Notes: generated from the sequence alone by a model not told the origin. A stretch of DNA of 64,000 bases from an uncultured Planctomycetia bacterium (GCA_964489445.1 CAZAYU010000002.1:355900-419899), one strand, 5' to 3'. Counted from the first letter of the stretch, positions 39,564 to 50,067 are shown. Program-made: numbers and translations.

Positions 39564-40305
39564 TTTTTATCAGAAGCTAAAGAACCAATTTAAATTAAGA
39601 GCTGAATCTTTTGATAACTCGGCATGTTGGGTGAGAAATAAAAAGTTGATAGATATCCATCAAAAATTAGCTCAAGTTTCAAATAATAGTTTGGTTCTTG
39701 ATGTTTGTTGTGGTACTGGCATAGTAGGAGAAAACCTACTATGCAATGGATCAAAGGCGATAGGCCTTGATATAAGCTTATCAATGCTTAAAAAGGCCAA
39801 AGAAAGATTAAGCTTGTGTATCAATGGCGAGGCAGAGCATTTACCATTTTTAAATAATGTTTTCGATGTGGTAATTTGCCGACAGGCTTTTCATTTTTTA
39901 GATATCACTAAAGTAATGAAGGAGTTGTTCCGGGTTACTAAATCGGGAGGAGGCAAAATCATTATCAGCCAGATAGTTCCTTTTAGCGAAGAAGATAGCC
40001 CATGGTTACATAAGATACACCGAAAGAAGCAGTTGCTGTTAAAGAATTTTTTAAAGGAAAAAGATTTCAAATTATTTTTAAAAAATTTAGGATGTGTGGA
40101 CATAACCACTCTTCAGTGTTGTATTGAAGAGCCAATTAATAGTTGGTTAAAGGATACATTTTTTTCCAAGAAAGAAATAGAGGATATAAAGAATATGTTT
40201 TTGCATGCTCCTTTAAAATATAAGATTTTGCATTGCACTAGAGAAAAGAGTGGAAAAGTTTTTGATACTATGAGGTGGGTAGTTACAAAGGGTATAAAGA
40301 TGTAA
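39556..40305 (+). CDS. Class I SAM-dependent methyltransferase (Methyltransf_11/UbiE-like)
   Basis: Motif I 'VLDVCCGTGIVG'. Post-I 'GLDIS'. Motif II/III 'FDVVICRQAFHFL'. The track start at 39529 overlaps the upstream gene by 35 nt. The ATG at 39556 (ATGAGTGA overlap) is more likely. Confidence 0.8.
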   Translation: MSDFYQKLKNQFKLRAESFDNSACWVRNKKLIDIHQKLAQVSNNSLVLDVCCGTGIVGENLLCNGSKAIGLDISLSMLKKAKERLSLCINGEAEHLPFLNNVFDVVICRQAFHFLDITKVMKELFRVTKSGGGKIIISQIVPFSEEDSPWLHKIHRKKQLLLKNFLKEKDFKLFLKNLGCVDITTLQCCIEEPINSWLKDTFFSKKEIEDIKNMFLHAPLKYKILHCTREKSGKVFDTMRWVVTKGIKM

Positions 40306-40403
40306 CTTATCCCGACTGTGCCTTCTGTAGAACCTAAAATATTTTAAAATAGTAAACTAGTGTCTTATTGTTATATATTTAGAAGAAAGTGTAGGAAAAA
40401 AAT

Positions 40404-42344
40404 ATGAAAAAATTTATCAGTGCTACTATTTGTTTTAGCGTATTTGCTTTAAGTTTATTTTGCATTTCAGTAAAATCTGAAGAGACAAGTAAGCCATTAA
40501 AAGATATTTTTAAAGAATTTGGAATCTTAATAAATGGAGTAGGTGATTTTGTTGTTCAAAAAAATATAAGAAAAGAAGGGCTTGAAAATTCATTCTGGAC
40601 AATTGTTGCAGAAAAAGACGGGAAAGTAATTAAAATAGAAGCTATAAATAATATTAATTCCCAAGAAGCCCGAAAATATGCTGAAGAAAGACAGAATATA
40701 GTTAAGGCTTTATATCAACGTATTCCTTCTCCTTATCCCGGCATGATTTCAAACGTTATAGAGTGCCCCGATGAATTAAAACCTGAGATTGTATCTTTAG
40801 ATATAGAAGGGAAGATAGTTTCTGCATATATCTTGTATAGCACGCCTAGATTCACCTATGGAGCTGGAGTTGAGGAATTGATTAAATATAGGGGAGTTTT
40901 GATGTTTATCTATGGGGATAAGGTAAGAACGTTGTATAGAGTTGAAATATTTATTCCTAAAGAAAAATTTAACAAAAAGGAAATAGTAGATATTTTAAAA
41001 TCAATTCGCTTAGAAAAAGGAGGCAGCTATCCTAAACAAGACTATGTCAATGCTTCGGAAAAGGCATGGGGTGAACCCTATAGAAAAACAGATATTTCTG
41101 AAGGCTATAATTTAATTATCATCGGGTTTGACCCCTTGGGTGCAAAGCATATTGGTGCTTATGGATACCACAGGAATACTACTCCTAATCTGGATAACTT
41201 TTCAAAAAAGGCTTTTTTGTTTAAAAATGCCATTAGTTCTTCCAGCTGGACGCTACCTTCATTTATGTCTTGGTTTACGTCATTGTATCCTTCGCAGCAT
41301 AAGATTGTTAATAAATATAGTACTTACACTGAAGAGAAGCAGGTTCTTTCTAACCTTTCAACGCTTTCCCCTTCTGTTGTTACCCTGGCGCAAATTTTAA
41401 AAAGAAACGGATATCTAACTGCCGGGTTTACCGGTGATGCAGGAGTTGGGGGTGTTTTCGGCTATAGCTTAGGGTTTGATGTTTATTATGATAAAATAAA
41501 ATTTGCCGGATTCGACATTGTTCTGCCCATGGCTTTAGATTGGCTTAATGAACATAGGCTCAAGAAATTTTTTTTATTTATCCAAGGCTACGATGTTCAT
41601 GGGCAACATAGCCTTGGCGATGATTTTAGGAATATATTTGTTAGCAAAAATTATGATGGAAAGTATAGGGGTACAACAAAAGAGTATTGGGATTTAAGGA
41701 ATAAGAGCCTAGAGCAGAAATGTCTGGAGATGAACGATGAAGATATAAATTTTTGGAATGCATGGTATGATACAAAAATATATAAAGCTGACCAAAGATT
41801 AGGAAATTTCTTCAAAGAGATAGAAAAGTTAGGGTTAATGGAGAATACGGTGGTGGTTATTTCTTCAGCATCAGGGAATGAATTTTATGAACATAAAAGG
41901 TTTGATCATGGCCATAGTTTGTATGATGAGCTGGTACACGTTCCTCTAGTGATACGGGTTCCGGAAAAGAACGGATGCGCGATAGAAAGCCAAGTGCGGA
42001 CTATTGATATCATGCCGACAGTATTAGACTTATTGAATATAGAAATTGATAAGAATATTAAATATAAAATACAAGGGGTAAGCTTAGCTTCACTCATGGA
42101 GGGAAATGAGTTAGATCTAGATGCTTTTTCTGAGACTGATTATTTATCTCAGGTTTTTAAACGTTCCATAAGAACACACAATGGCTGGAAGTTTATATAT
42201 TCAATAGAGACTGAGCAGCGCGAGCTATATAATTTGAATGAAGACCCTTATGAGGCGTATAATTTAATCAATAAAGAACAGAAGATTGCTTATGAACTTG
42301 AACAAAGAATTTTTAATTGGTCTGAGAGCTTAAAAAGGAAGTAA
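40404..42344 (+). CDS. Exported sulfatase-fold (alkaline-phosphatase superfamily, PF00884-like) enzyme, paralog 1. It lacks the Cys/Ser-x-Pro-x-Arg FGly motif, so it is a probable phospho-transferase or phosphodiesterase rather than a sulfatase.
   Basis: Signal peptide. A roughly 200-aa N-terminal domain. Then 'YNLIIIGFDPLGAKHIGAYGYHRNTTPNLDNF' and 'SSSSWTLPSFMSWFTS', with Thr where sulfatases have the FGly Cys. C-terminal 'LYNLNEDPYEAYNLI' sulfatase-type block. Confidence 0.7.
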   Translation: MKKFISATICFSVFALSLFCISVKSEETSKPLKDIFKEFGILINGVGDFVVQKNIRKEGLENSFWTIVAEKDGKVIKIEAINNINSQEARKYAEERQNIVKALYQRIPSPYPGMISNVIECPDELKPEIVSLDIEGKIVSAYILYSTPRFTYGAGVEELIKYRGVLMFIYGDKVRTLYRVEIFIPKEKFNKKEIVDILKSIRLEKGGSYPKQDYVNASEKAWGEPYRKTDISEGYNLIIIGFDPLGAKHIGAYGYHRNTTPNLDNFSKKAFLFKNAISSSSWTLPSFMSWFTSLYPSQHKIVNKYSTYTEEKQVLSNLSTLSPSVVTLAQILKRNGYLTAGFTGDAGVGGVFGYSLGFDVYYDKIKFAGFDIVLPMALDWLNEHRLKKFFLFIQGYDVHGQHSLGDDFRNIFVSKNYDGKYRGTTKEYWDLRNKSLEQKCLEMNDEDINFWNAWYDTKIYKADQRLGNFFKEIEKLGLMENTVVVISSASGNEFYEHKRFDHGHSLYDELVHVPLVIRVPEKNGCAIESQVRTIDIMPTVLDLLNIEIDKNIKYKIQGVSLASLMEGNELDLDAFSETDYLSQVFKRSIRTHNGWKFIYSIETEQRELYNLNEDPYEAYNLINKEQKIAYELEQRIFNWSESLKRK

Positions 42345-42424
42345 TTTTATTTTTGATTTGCTTGTAGTAGATATATGGTTTTTAAAGTTATTTGATAGGT
42401 TGTGTATATTAAGATAGTAAAAGC

Positions 42425-42721
42425 ATGAATAAAAAAAATATCCTAAAAATAATAGCTGATTCAATCAGCGAAATTAATGAAATGAGGCCTAATGATGAAT
42501 ACATCGGTCAAACTTTGGAAACTATTTTGTTTGATACTTCTAGAGAAATTGATTCACTAGAATTTGTAATGTTGATTGTATCGATAGAGAAAAAACTCAA
42601 GAAAGAGTCTGGCAAATGTGTGATTTTAGCAGAAGGAAAAACAATGTTGTACAAAGATGCTTCTTTTCGAAGTGTTGGTGCACTGGTTGATTATATTGAC
42701 TCTATTTTAAAGGACAGCTAA
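42425..42721 (+). CDS. Acyl/peptidyl carrier protein (ACP 1)
   Basis: 98 aa. Phosphopantetheine-attachment motif 'EIDSLEFVMLI' (DSL). It directly abuts the FkbH-like gene. Confidence 0.65.
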   Translation: MNKKNILKIIADSISEINEMRPNDEYIGQTLETILFDTSREIDSLEFVMLIVSIEKKLKKESGKCVILAEGKTMLYKDASFRSVGALVDYIDSILKDS

Positions 42722-44419
42722 GTGTCTAAGATTAAATCAATAATCGTAACAGATTTTACTGCCGATGCCTTAAAAGGCTACCTAAACAATGATACCTGCT
42801 ATCCTTTAGTTAACGCAAAGATTACGCCATTTGCTCAGGTTATGCAATCTTATTTCAAGAGATTTCCAGAATTTGGAAAAAATAAGATTAACTTTGCAGT
42901 TGTCTGGACTAGACCAGAAGGCGTTATTGAATCTTTTATGCGCTTTGCTAATTATCAAAGCGCATCAATTAATGAGATATTAGCCGATGTCAACGAGTAT
43001 TGCCGGTTTTTAATAGGTCTTCAAGATAAGGTAAAATTAGTATTTGTTCCGACATGGATTTTCCCTACTTATCATAGAGGACATGGAATGCTGGAAATGA
43101 GAAAAGATTTAGGCATTAGAAATATTCTTATGCAAATGAACTTAATGCTTTCTGATAAGTTAAATGAAACAAAGAATATTTATTTATTGAATGCTCAAAG
43201 ATGGATTGAAAGCGTAGGCAGTGATGCTTTTGATTCAAAGTTGTGGTATTTAGCTAAGATTCCTTTTGATGCTGCAATCTTCAAGGAAGCGGCAAAAGAT
43301 ATTAAGTCTGCATTAAGAGGTATATTTGGTGTTGCAAGAAAGATGATAATCGTTGATTTAGACAATACGATCTGGGGAGGTTCTGTTGGAGAAATAGGAT
43401 GGGAGAAGCTTAAACTTGGCGGGCATGATCCAGTAGGAGAAGCTTTTGTTGACTTTCAGAGAGCTTTAAAGTCATTTATTAACCGTGGCATTTTATTAGG
43501 TATTGTTAGCAAAAATGAGCCGTCCGTTGTGTTAGATGCAATAAATAATCATCCAGAAATGTGTCTAAGATTAAATGATTTTAGTGCATGGGCGATTAAC
43601 TGGGAAGATAAAGCTAAAAATATCATTCGTTTAGCATCGAATTTAAATATTGGTCTTGAATCAATAGTCTTTATTGATGATAATCCATTAGAAAGAGCAA
43701 GGGTCAAAGAGTCTTTGCCGGAGGTTTTTGTTCCTGAATGGCCTAAGAACAAGATGCTGTTTAGGGAAACTTTGCTTAATCTTTCTTGCTTTGATACACC
43801 TTCAATAACTGAGGAGGATTTAGCCAAGACTAGAATGTATATGTCTTTTATCAGCCGTAAAGGGCAGCAAATAAAAATGAAGTCAGTGAATACATGGTTA
43901 AAAAAACTGTTTATTAAAGTAAAAATAGATGAGTTGCAGGATGTTGATATTGAAAGAGTAACGCAACTGTTAAATAAAACAAATCAAATGAATTTAACTA
44001 CTAGACGCCTTATTGCCTCAGAGTTGGATATTTGGGCCCATAAAAGAAATCATAAGCTTTGGACTTTTCGAGTTTCAAATAAATTTGGGGATTTAGGCTT
44101 AGTAGGTGTGGTAAGCCTTGGAATAAACAGAAAAGAAGGCAGGATTGTAGATTTTGTTTTAAGCTGCAGAGCTTTTGGGTTAAGGATTGAAGAAGCTATG
44201 CTCATTGCAACTATACGGTATTCTCAAAGTGTTGGTTTAATAAAAGTGCAGGCAAAATATATCAGCACTCCTAAGAATAAGCCTTGTTTAAATTTTTGGA
44301 GAAAAACAATATTTGAATTTGACAAAAAAAGAAATATCTTTTTTTATAGTCCAGGAAAAACTCATTATTTTCCGCGATACATTACAATAGTAGACAATCG
44401 ACGCAGTGATCCCTGTTAG
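42722..44419 (+). CDS. FkbH-like HAD-superfamily (subfamily IIIC) glyceryl-ACP loading enzyme
   Basis: HAD motif I 'MIIVDLDNTIWGG'. Motif II 'GIVSKN'. Motif IV 'VFIDDNPLERARV'. A C-terminal roughly 200-aa FkbH-type domain. 565 aa. Confidence 0.75.
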   Translation: MSKIKSIIVTDFTADALKGYLNNDTCYPLVNAKITPFAQVMQSYFKRFPEFGKNKINFAVVWTRPEGVIESFMRFANYQSASINEILADVNEYCRFLIGLQDKVKLVFVPTWIFPTYHRGHGMLEMRKDLGIRNILMQMNLMLSDKLNETKNIYLLNAQRWIESVGSDAFDSKLWYLAKIPFDAAIFKEAAKDIKSALRGIFGVARKMIIVDLDNTIWGGSVGEIGWEKLKLGGHDPVGEAFVDFQRALKSFINRGILLGIVSKNEPSVVLDAINNHPEMCLRLNDFSAWAINWEDKAKNIIRLASNLNIGLESIVFIDDNPLERARVKESLPEVFVPEWPKNKMLFRETLLNLSCFDTPSITEEDLAKTRMYMSFISRKGQQIKMKSVNTWLKKLFIKVKIDELQDVDIERVTQLLNKTNQMNLTTRRLIASELDIWAHKRNHKLWTFRVSNKFGDLGLVGVVSLGINRKEGRIVDFVLSCRAFGLRIEEAMLIATIRYSQSVGLIKVQAKYISTPKNKPCLNFWRKTIFEFDKKRNIFFYSPGKTHYFPRYITIVDNRRSDPC

Positions 44420-44481
44420 CCAATTTTTAAATTAGAAGCGAGTAAAAATTTTAGCTTGATATAAGCGGTAGCCAATTCTAG

Positions 44482-45921
44482 ATGCTATTTACTTCATTAC
44501 AATTTGCAGTATTTTTTATTATTGTTTATGGAGTATATACTCTGCTTAAACACAGACAACAGAATATTATGCTTCTTGTGGCCAGTTATATTTTTTATGG
44601 AGCATGGGATTGGAGATTTTTATTTTTGATATTTATATCAACTGTTTTTGATTATTTTTTTGGGGCAGCAATATATAGGTCTAATAGCAATAAGCAAAAA
44701 AAAATATTTGTTTTTTGTAGTATTTTTACAAATTTATCTATTTTAGTGTTTTTTAAATATTTAAATTTTTTTATTCTGAATTTGCAGTTTTTATTAAGAC
44801 GTTTTAATCTGCCTAATGTAATTTTTCCTTTACACATAATACTTCCTTTGGGGTTGTCTTTTTATATTTTTCAAAAAATGAGCTATACCATAGATATATA
44901 TAGAGGTGAGATGAAACCTGTAAGAAAATTTTCAGATTTTGCACTTTTTGTAAGTTTCTTTCCCCAGCTTCTTGCAGGGCCAATCGAAAGAGCAAAGCAC
45001 CTTATTCCGCAGATAATCTTTCCTAGAAAATTAACCATGGATAAATTTCAAAAAGGCTGTTATCTAATATCTTGGGGCATATTCCAGAAACTTTTTGTTG
45101 CGGATAATTTATCAAAAGTTGTGGATTCTGTATTTTCTAATCCGGGTCCTTACAATGGTTTAGAAGTTTTGTTAGCTTCTTATGCTTTTACATTTCAGAT
45201 ATTTTGTGATTTTGCAGGTTATAGCAATATAGCAAGGGGTCTTGGTAAATTAATGGGATTTGATATTATCAATAATTTTGATCTCCCATTTTTTGTTACA
45301 AACGTACAAGATTTTTGGAAAAAATGGCACATTAGCTTGAGCACTTGGATTAAGGATTATGTGTATTTTCCGCTTTTTTATCACATGCGAATGATTAGAG
45401 GTAAAATGCGTATCTATATTACATTAGTAGGTACGATGATTTTGTTAGGCTTGTGGCATGGCGCAAGATGGACCTTTGTCCTTTTTGGGTTATATTATGG
45501 TTGTTTGCTTAGCTTGTATGTAATGTCAAAACCTGTTTTATGCAAAGCGATAAAAATTGTAAAATTCACAAAAAGCAGGCAGTGGTTTTGGGTTAAAGTT
45601 ATTTTCATGTTTCATATTACAGTGCTTGGAATGCTAATTTTTAGAGCTAATTCTGTTGGCCAGCTAATACAAATGGTTCATAGCGTTGTGTTTAATTTTT
45701 CTATTCCAGAATATTCGATTATGCTCAGAATGATCGGAAAAATATTATTTTATATTAGTTTTTTGTTACTTATCCAGTATTTTCAATTTAGAAGAAATGA
45801 TCATTTTGTTGTTCTTAAATGGCATTGGGCGTTGCAAGGATTTATATATTTTATAATTATGTTTTTTTTGTTTACTTTTGGCAAAAGCGGAGGAAATGAG
45901 TTTGTATATTTTCAATTCTAA
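44482..45921 (+). CDS. MBOAT-family membrane O-acyltransferase (DltB/AlgI-like), copy 1
   Basis: MBOAT signature 'FWKKWHISLSTWIKDYVYFPL' with the conserved His. About 10 TM helices. Confidence 0.85.
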   Translation: MLFTSLQFAVFFIIVYGVYTLLKHRQQNIMLLVASYIFYGAWDWRFLFLIFISTVFDYFFGAAIYRSNSNKQKKIFVFCSIFTNLSILVFFKYLNFFILNLQFLLRRFNLPNVIFPLHIILPLGLSFYIFQKMSYTIDIYRGEMKPVRKFSDFALFVSFFPQLLAGPIERAKHLIPQIIFPRKLTMDKFQKGCYLISWGIFQKLFVADNLSKVVDSVFSNPGPYNGLEVLLASYAFTFQIFCDFAGYSNIARGLGKLMGFDIINNFDLPFFVTNVQDFWKKWHISLSTWIKDYVYFPLFYHMRMIRGKMRIYITLVGTMILLGLWHGARWTFVLFGLYYGCLLSLYVMSKPVLCKAIKIVKFTKSRQWFWVKVIFMFHITVLGMLIFRANSVGQLIQMVHSVVFNFSIPEYSIMLRMIGKILFYISFLLLIQYFQFRRNDHFVVLKWHWALQGFIYFIIMFFLFTFGKSGGNEFVYFQF

Positions 45922-47152
45922 TTTCCGAAAGATTCTGCGATTTTTCATGCTTAATCGTGCTTTTTTTGCTGGAGTTTTATTTTTTTGTTTTTCGCAATTA
46001 ATTTGTTTGAATATTTCCAATATAAGCAAAACAAGGCATAAGCAAGTGATAGAGCACAAGCGACAAGCAGTAAAGAGTATCGATTTCAGCAAAGATAAAG
46101 GATTGCGAGAGTCTGTATTTTTTTTTGGCTCATCCAAGATCTTAGCAGCTATAATTCCAAAATTTTTTGACGAATGCAATGAAGATGGAACATATTCTTA
46201 TAATTTTGCAATACCAGGATTACCATTGGCATCTCAATATTTTATTTTTAAAGAATATTTGGAAAAAACCGAAGTACCCGATTATGCAATAATAAAACTA
46301 AATAATGGAATATTTCCTCTTTGGCTTTTTCCTTCTTTTTCTATTCAAGGCGCGAGTTTGTCCGAGGTTTTGCAGTATGCTTTTCTTACGAAAGATGTAT
46401 CAATGTTATTTAACTATTTTATTCCATCAAGGGTGTATTGGTCCGGCATTAGCAGATTTATTGCTGGTAGGGCCCTATCTTTAGTACCTGATAGCGTGCG
46501 GGCATTACATAAATCAAGATATCTTAATTTTTTTTCTAGTAAAAATATGTATTACTATAATTGGGAGTTTGAATATGATGCTAGCTACATTTTTCCAAAA
46601 GAATATGCAAGAGCGTTGAGAGAATCTTTAGAAAAGAATCGAGGATATTATTATATGGTGGAAAAGGCTATGCCAAGAACAGGCGCTTTTGAAAGTATTA
46701 CAGTGCCACCGAAACACAGAAAATACTATGAAGCAATAATAGAGGCGGGTAGGGAAGGAAAAAACTTTAAAGGGCCTGTTTCTGTAAAGACTACAAAGCG
46801 CGAAAGAGATACGAAAAAGAAGCTTGATACTTTTTTCTTGGATAAATTTTTTATATTGGCCAAAGATTATAAGTGTAAAGTCATTTTGGTTGGAGATTAT
46901 ATGCCTGATAGCAACAAAGATACTCCAGGCGTTTATATTGAGGAAAATATAACCCTGGGCTGTTGGGAGCTATTGCAAAAAAAATATGATAATGTATTTT
47001 TTTTAAAGGATGGCTTTAAGACCGTATTTTATAGTCCGGATTTTTTTTCTGACCCCGAACATTTGGATTATGAGGGGGCAAAAAAATTTACAAAAAAGAT
47101 TGCTAAGGAATTTCAAGCAATAAAAAAAATAATCAAAAGCAATAAACAATAA
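45878..47152 (+). CDS. DltD/AlgJ/AlgX-like (SGNH-related) acyl-transfer partner protein
   Basis: N-terminal TM anchor. 'VFFFGSSKI' corresponds to the DltD GSSE nucleophile block. C-terminal 'DPEHLDYEGAKKF' corresponds to the D..H catalytic block. The start may be the ATG at 45896. It overlaps the MBOAT gene's end. Confidence 0.6.
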   Translation: MAKAEEMSLYIFNSNFRKILRFFMLNRAFFAGVLFFCFSQLICLNISNISKTRHKQVIEHKRQAVKSIDFSKDKGLRESVFFFGSSKILAAIIPKFFDECNEDGTYSYNFAIPGLPLASQYFIFKEYLEKTEVPDYAIIKLNNGIFPLWLFPSFSIQGASLSEVLQYAFLTKDVSMLFNYFIPSRVYWSGISRFIAGRALSLVPDSVRALHKSRYLNFFSSKNMYYYNWEFEYDASYIFPKEYARALRESLEKNRGYYYMVEKAMPRTGAFESITVPPKHRKYYEAIIEAGREGKNFKGPVSVKTTKRERDTKKKLDTFFLDKFFILAKDYKCKVILVGDYMPDSNKDTPGVYIEENITLGCWELLQKKYDNVFFLKDGFKTVFYSPDFFSDPEHLDYEGAKKFTKKIAKEFQAIKKIIKSNKQ

Positions 47153-47153
47153 A

Positions 47154-48332
47154 ATGCATTTTATAAGTTTAACATATTTGGTATTTCTATTTATATCTGC
47201 TACCATCTATTGGTTTTTTCCCGTCAAGCATCGAAAGTTGTTTTTAATATTTATCAGTTTATTATTTATCTGCAGTTATAAATGGGTAATTGCTTTTTTA
47301 TTTTTATTCATGGGGACAGCGACTTATTTTAGCAGCAGATTTATATTAAGTACGACTTCAAATTGGAAGAAAAAAATAATTTTTATATCAATTTTGATTG
47401 GTTTTATAGTAAGTCTCTTTTTATATAAGTATTTTGGGCTAAATTTATTGTTGGTACATTCATCTTTTGAATCATTTGATTTTCTTATAGCGCTGGGGTT
47501 TTCATATGTTTCCTTTAGAATGATACATTATATTATTGAGAGCTACCGGAAGAATGTTCCTGACGTTTCATTCTTGGATTTTATTTGTTATGTTGTGTTT
47601 TTTCCCATTTTTTTGGCCGGTCCGATAGAAAGATTTCAAGCGTTTCATCGGCAAACAGCGGAAAATAAACACATAGGATTTTATGATGTAAATTATGGAT
47701 TATATCGTATAATTTGCGGTGTTTTTAAAAAGGTTGCTGTTGCAGACGTTATAAGCAAGCTAATCACGCCAGTATTATACTATCCTCTTGGCCATTCCAA
47801 AACTATATTGATATTATCGGTATATGGATTGGCGATACAAATTTATATGGATTTTTCTGGGTATACGGATATAGCAATTGGTAGTGCCAGATTATTTGGC
47901 TATCGGCTTACGGAAAATTTTAATAGGCCATTTTTACAGAAAAATATAGCGTTGTTTTGGAGAAATTGGCATATATCCCTGTATACTTGGATAAGGGATT
48001 ATTTCTTTTTTCCGTTATTTGGTTATCGGGCATCAAAGGTAAAAATCTATATTGGAATATTTTTCAGTATGATGGTATTTATTCTTTGGCACCGGCTATC
48101 ATTAAGCTTTTTTATCTTAGGATTGTATCATGGAACGGGCCTTATTTGTTGGCATATTTTTCAAGGTGTGAAACGTAAATATCCAATAATTCGTCGAGGA
48201 ATATCAAAACGGTACTTGGATCCTATTTCGATCTTTTTTACGTTTAGTTTTCATGCTTTTGGTACCTTATTCTTTATAATGAATTTTGAGCAGGTATTAA
48301 TTATTGTAAAAAGTATTATAAATCTAAAGTGA
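47154..48332 (+). CDS. MBOAT-family membrane O-acyltransferase (DltB/AlgI-like), copy 2
   Basis: 'FWRNWHISLYTWIRDYFFFPLFG' MBOAT signature. 392 aa. Confidence 0.85.
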   Translation: MHFISLTYLVFLFISATIYWFFPVKHRKLFLIFISLLFICSYKWVIAFLFLFMGTATYFSSRFILSTTSNWKKKIIFISILIGFIVSLFLYKYFGLNLLLVHSSFESFDFLIALGFSYVSFRMIHYIIESYRKNVPDVSFLDFICYVVFFPIFLAGPIERFQAFHRQTAENKHIGFYDVNYGLYRIICGVFKKVAVADVISKLITPVLYYPLGHSKTILILSVYGLAIQIYMDFSGYTDIAIGSARLFGYRLTENFNRPFLQKNIALFWRNWHISLYTWIRDYFFFPLFGYRASKVKIYIGIFFSMMVFILWHRLSLSFFILGLYHGTGLICWHIFQGVKRKYPIIRRGISKRYLDPISIFFTFSFHAFGTLFFIMNFEQVLIIVKSIINLK

Positions 48333-48609
48333 GTAAAGACAGTAGACAGGGGTAACAACGATAATTTTATTACCAAAATAATTTTTTCAGGAAAGTGGGC
48401 ATTAAGAAAAGTTAGTATTAAGGTAAATGTTGGCTTAGCAGAAAAAGATATTTTATGGAAGGAAAGTAAAGCGAAAATAAAATGATCCGATAGGGGCTCT
48501 ACAATCTAAGCAGTTAAGACAATTATTATAAATTTAATAAATAGTTTGTAAAAAATATTATTCTTAAATATTATTTTTTATTTTTGGTGACAGAAAATTA
48601 TCTGTTGGA

Positions 48610-49899
48610 ATGAAGATTTTATTGGTATCCTCAAATATTGCTGATACACCCTACGCTGTTTATCCTTTTGGTATGAGTATAGTTGCGTCTGCGCTTTCTA
48701 GTGCAGGATATTGCGTTAAGCAAACAGATTTTTTACAGAGCAAAAAATCTCTGGATGTTTTATCAAAAGAGCTTAACGCTATGCAGCCAAATATAGTAGG
48801 GGTATCGATGCGTAATATAGATAATGTTAATTCAGTCAATGAGCAGCGCTACATTGACAGCGTTGTAGATATTGTTTTGACGGTAAAGAAGAATTCAAGT
48901 GCTATTGTTGTGCTAGGTGGTTCTGGATTTTCTCTTATGCCTGATGAAATTCTTGAAAAAACAGGTGCAGATTATGGAATTACGGGAGAAGGTGAGAAAC
49001 TAATGGTTGAATTTGTAAAAAATGCTGAAAAAGGTATTTTTCCTGGAGCGAAAATTCTGCGAAGTAAAAATACAATCGCTGGTTGTAACATCTCAAGTGC
49101 TTTGCATGATCTAAAGTTAATGAAGTATTATTTAAGAAGAATTAACGTTGCTTCTGTTCAGACAAAAAGGGGGTGTCCTTATAAATGCATTTACTGTTCG
49201 TATCCTCTCTTAGAAGGTGATAGAGTTAGAGTAAGAAGTCCGAAAATCGTTATTGAGGATATTAAGAAATTGACTAGAAAATATGGAATAAAGCTTATTT
49301 TTTTTGTTGACTCTGTTTTTAACGACTCAGAGGGAAGATATTTAGAGCTTATAGAACAAATGAAATATCATAAAGTAAATGTTTCATGGACGGCGCTGTT
49401 TACTCCTAGAGGATTAACAGATAAAAACGTGAAGTTAATGAAAGATACAGGCTTGCGATTTGCTGAATTAGGGTCGGATGCGCCGACTGATTTTACCTTA
49501 AAAAGATTAGGAAAATCTTTTTTATTTCAAGATATTATTAATGCAAATGATTTATTAGTTAGGCATAAGGTGACGCCTTTGCATTGTTATATGTTCGGGT
49601 GTCCGGGAGAAACAAAAGAAACAGTAATTGAAGGGATTAAGAATATTAAAAAATTAAAAAGCTCGGTTTCGGTTATTTATATGGGTATAAGAATTTTTCC
49701 GAACACTAAGTTAGCGAAGGTTGCAGAGAACGATGGTATAATAAAAAAAGAATGTAATCTTTTAGATTCCGCTTATTATATTAGCCCTTTAGTTGACAAA
49801 AAATGGCTAAAAAAAATACTAATAAAAAGTTTTAAGGGAGTAAAGAATTGCATTTTCCCGCCTGATGCATTAAGCAATTATCGAATATATAAAAAGTGA
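48610..49899 (+). CDS. Cobalamin-binding (class B) radical SAM enzyme, paralog 6
   Basis: 'TKRGCPYKCIYCSYP' (CX3CX2C). N-terminal 'MKILLVSSNIADTPYAVYPFGMSIVASAL' B12-binding-like. Confidence 0.8.
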   Translation: MKILLVSSNIADTPYAVYPFGMSIVASALSSAGYCVKQTDFLQSKKSLDVLSKELNAMQPNIVGVSMRNIDNVNSVNEQRYIDSVVDIVLTVKKNSSAIVVLGGSGFSLMPDEILEKTGADYGITGEGEKLMVEFVKNAEKGIFPGAKILRSKNTIAGCNISSALHDLKLMKYYLRRINVASVQTKRGCPYKCIYCSYPLLEGDRVRVRSPKIVIEDIKKLTRKYGIKLIFFVDSVFNDSEGRYLELIEQMKYHKVNVSWTALFTPRGLTDKNVKLMKDTGLRFAELGSDAPTDFTLKRLGKSFLFQDIINANDLLVRHKVTPLHCYMFGCPGETKETVIEGIKNIKKLKSSVSVIYMGIRIFPNTKLAKVAENDGIIKKECNLLDSAYYISPLVDKKWLKKILIKSFKGVKNCIFPPDALSNYRIYKK

Positions 49900-50067
49900 T
49901 GATTTTTTGGTTAGACCTTGAAATAGTTTCGTTTTTTGAGAGATTTTTCTTACTTTATATTTATACCATGTTGGGTATTAATTAATAGCTATTGTGTTAT
50001 GCATAGGCTTATAGCAGAAATTTTCTGTTGATGTGTCAAGAACTTTGTATACTTTAAATGTTGATAA

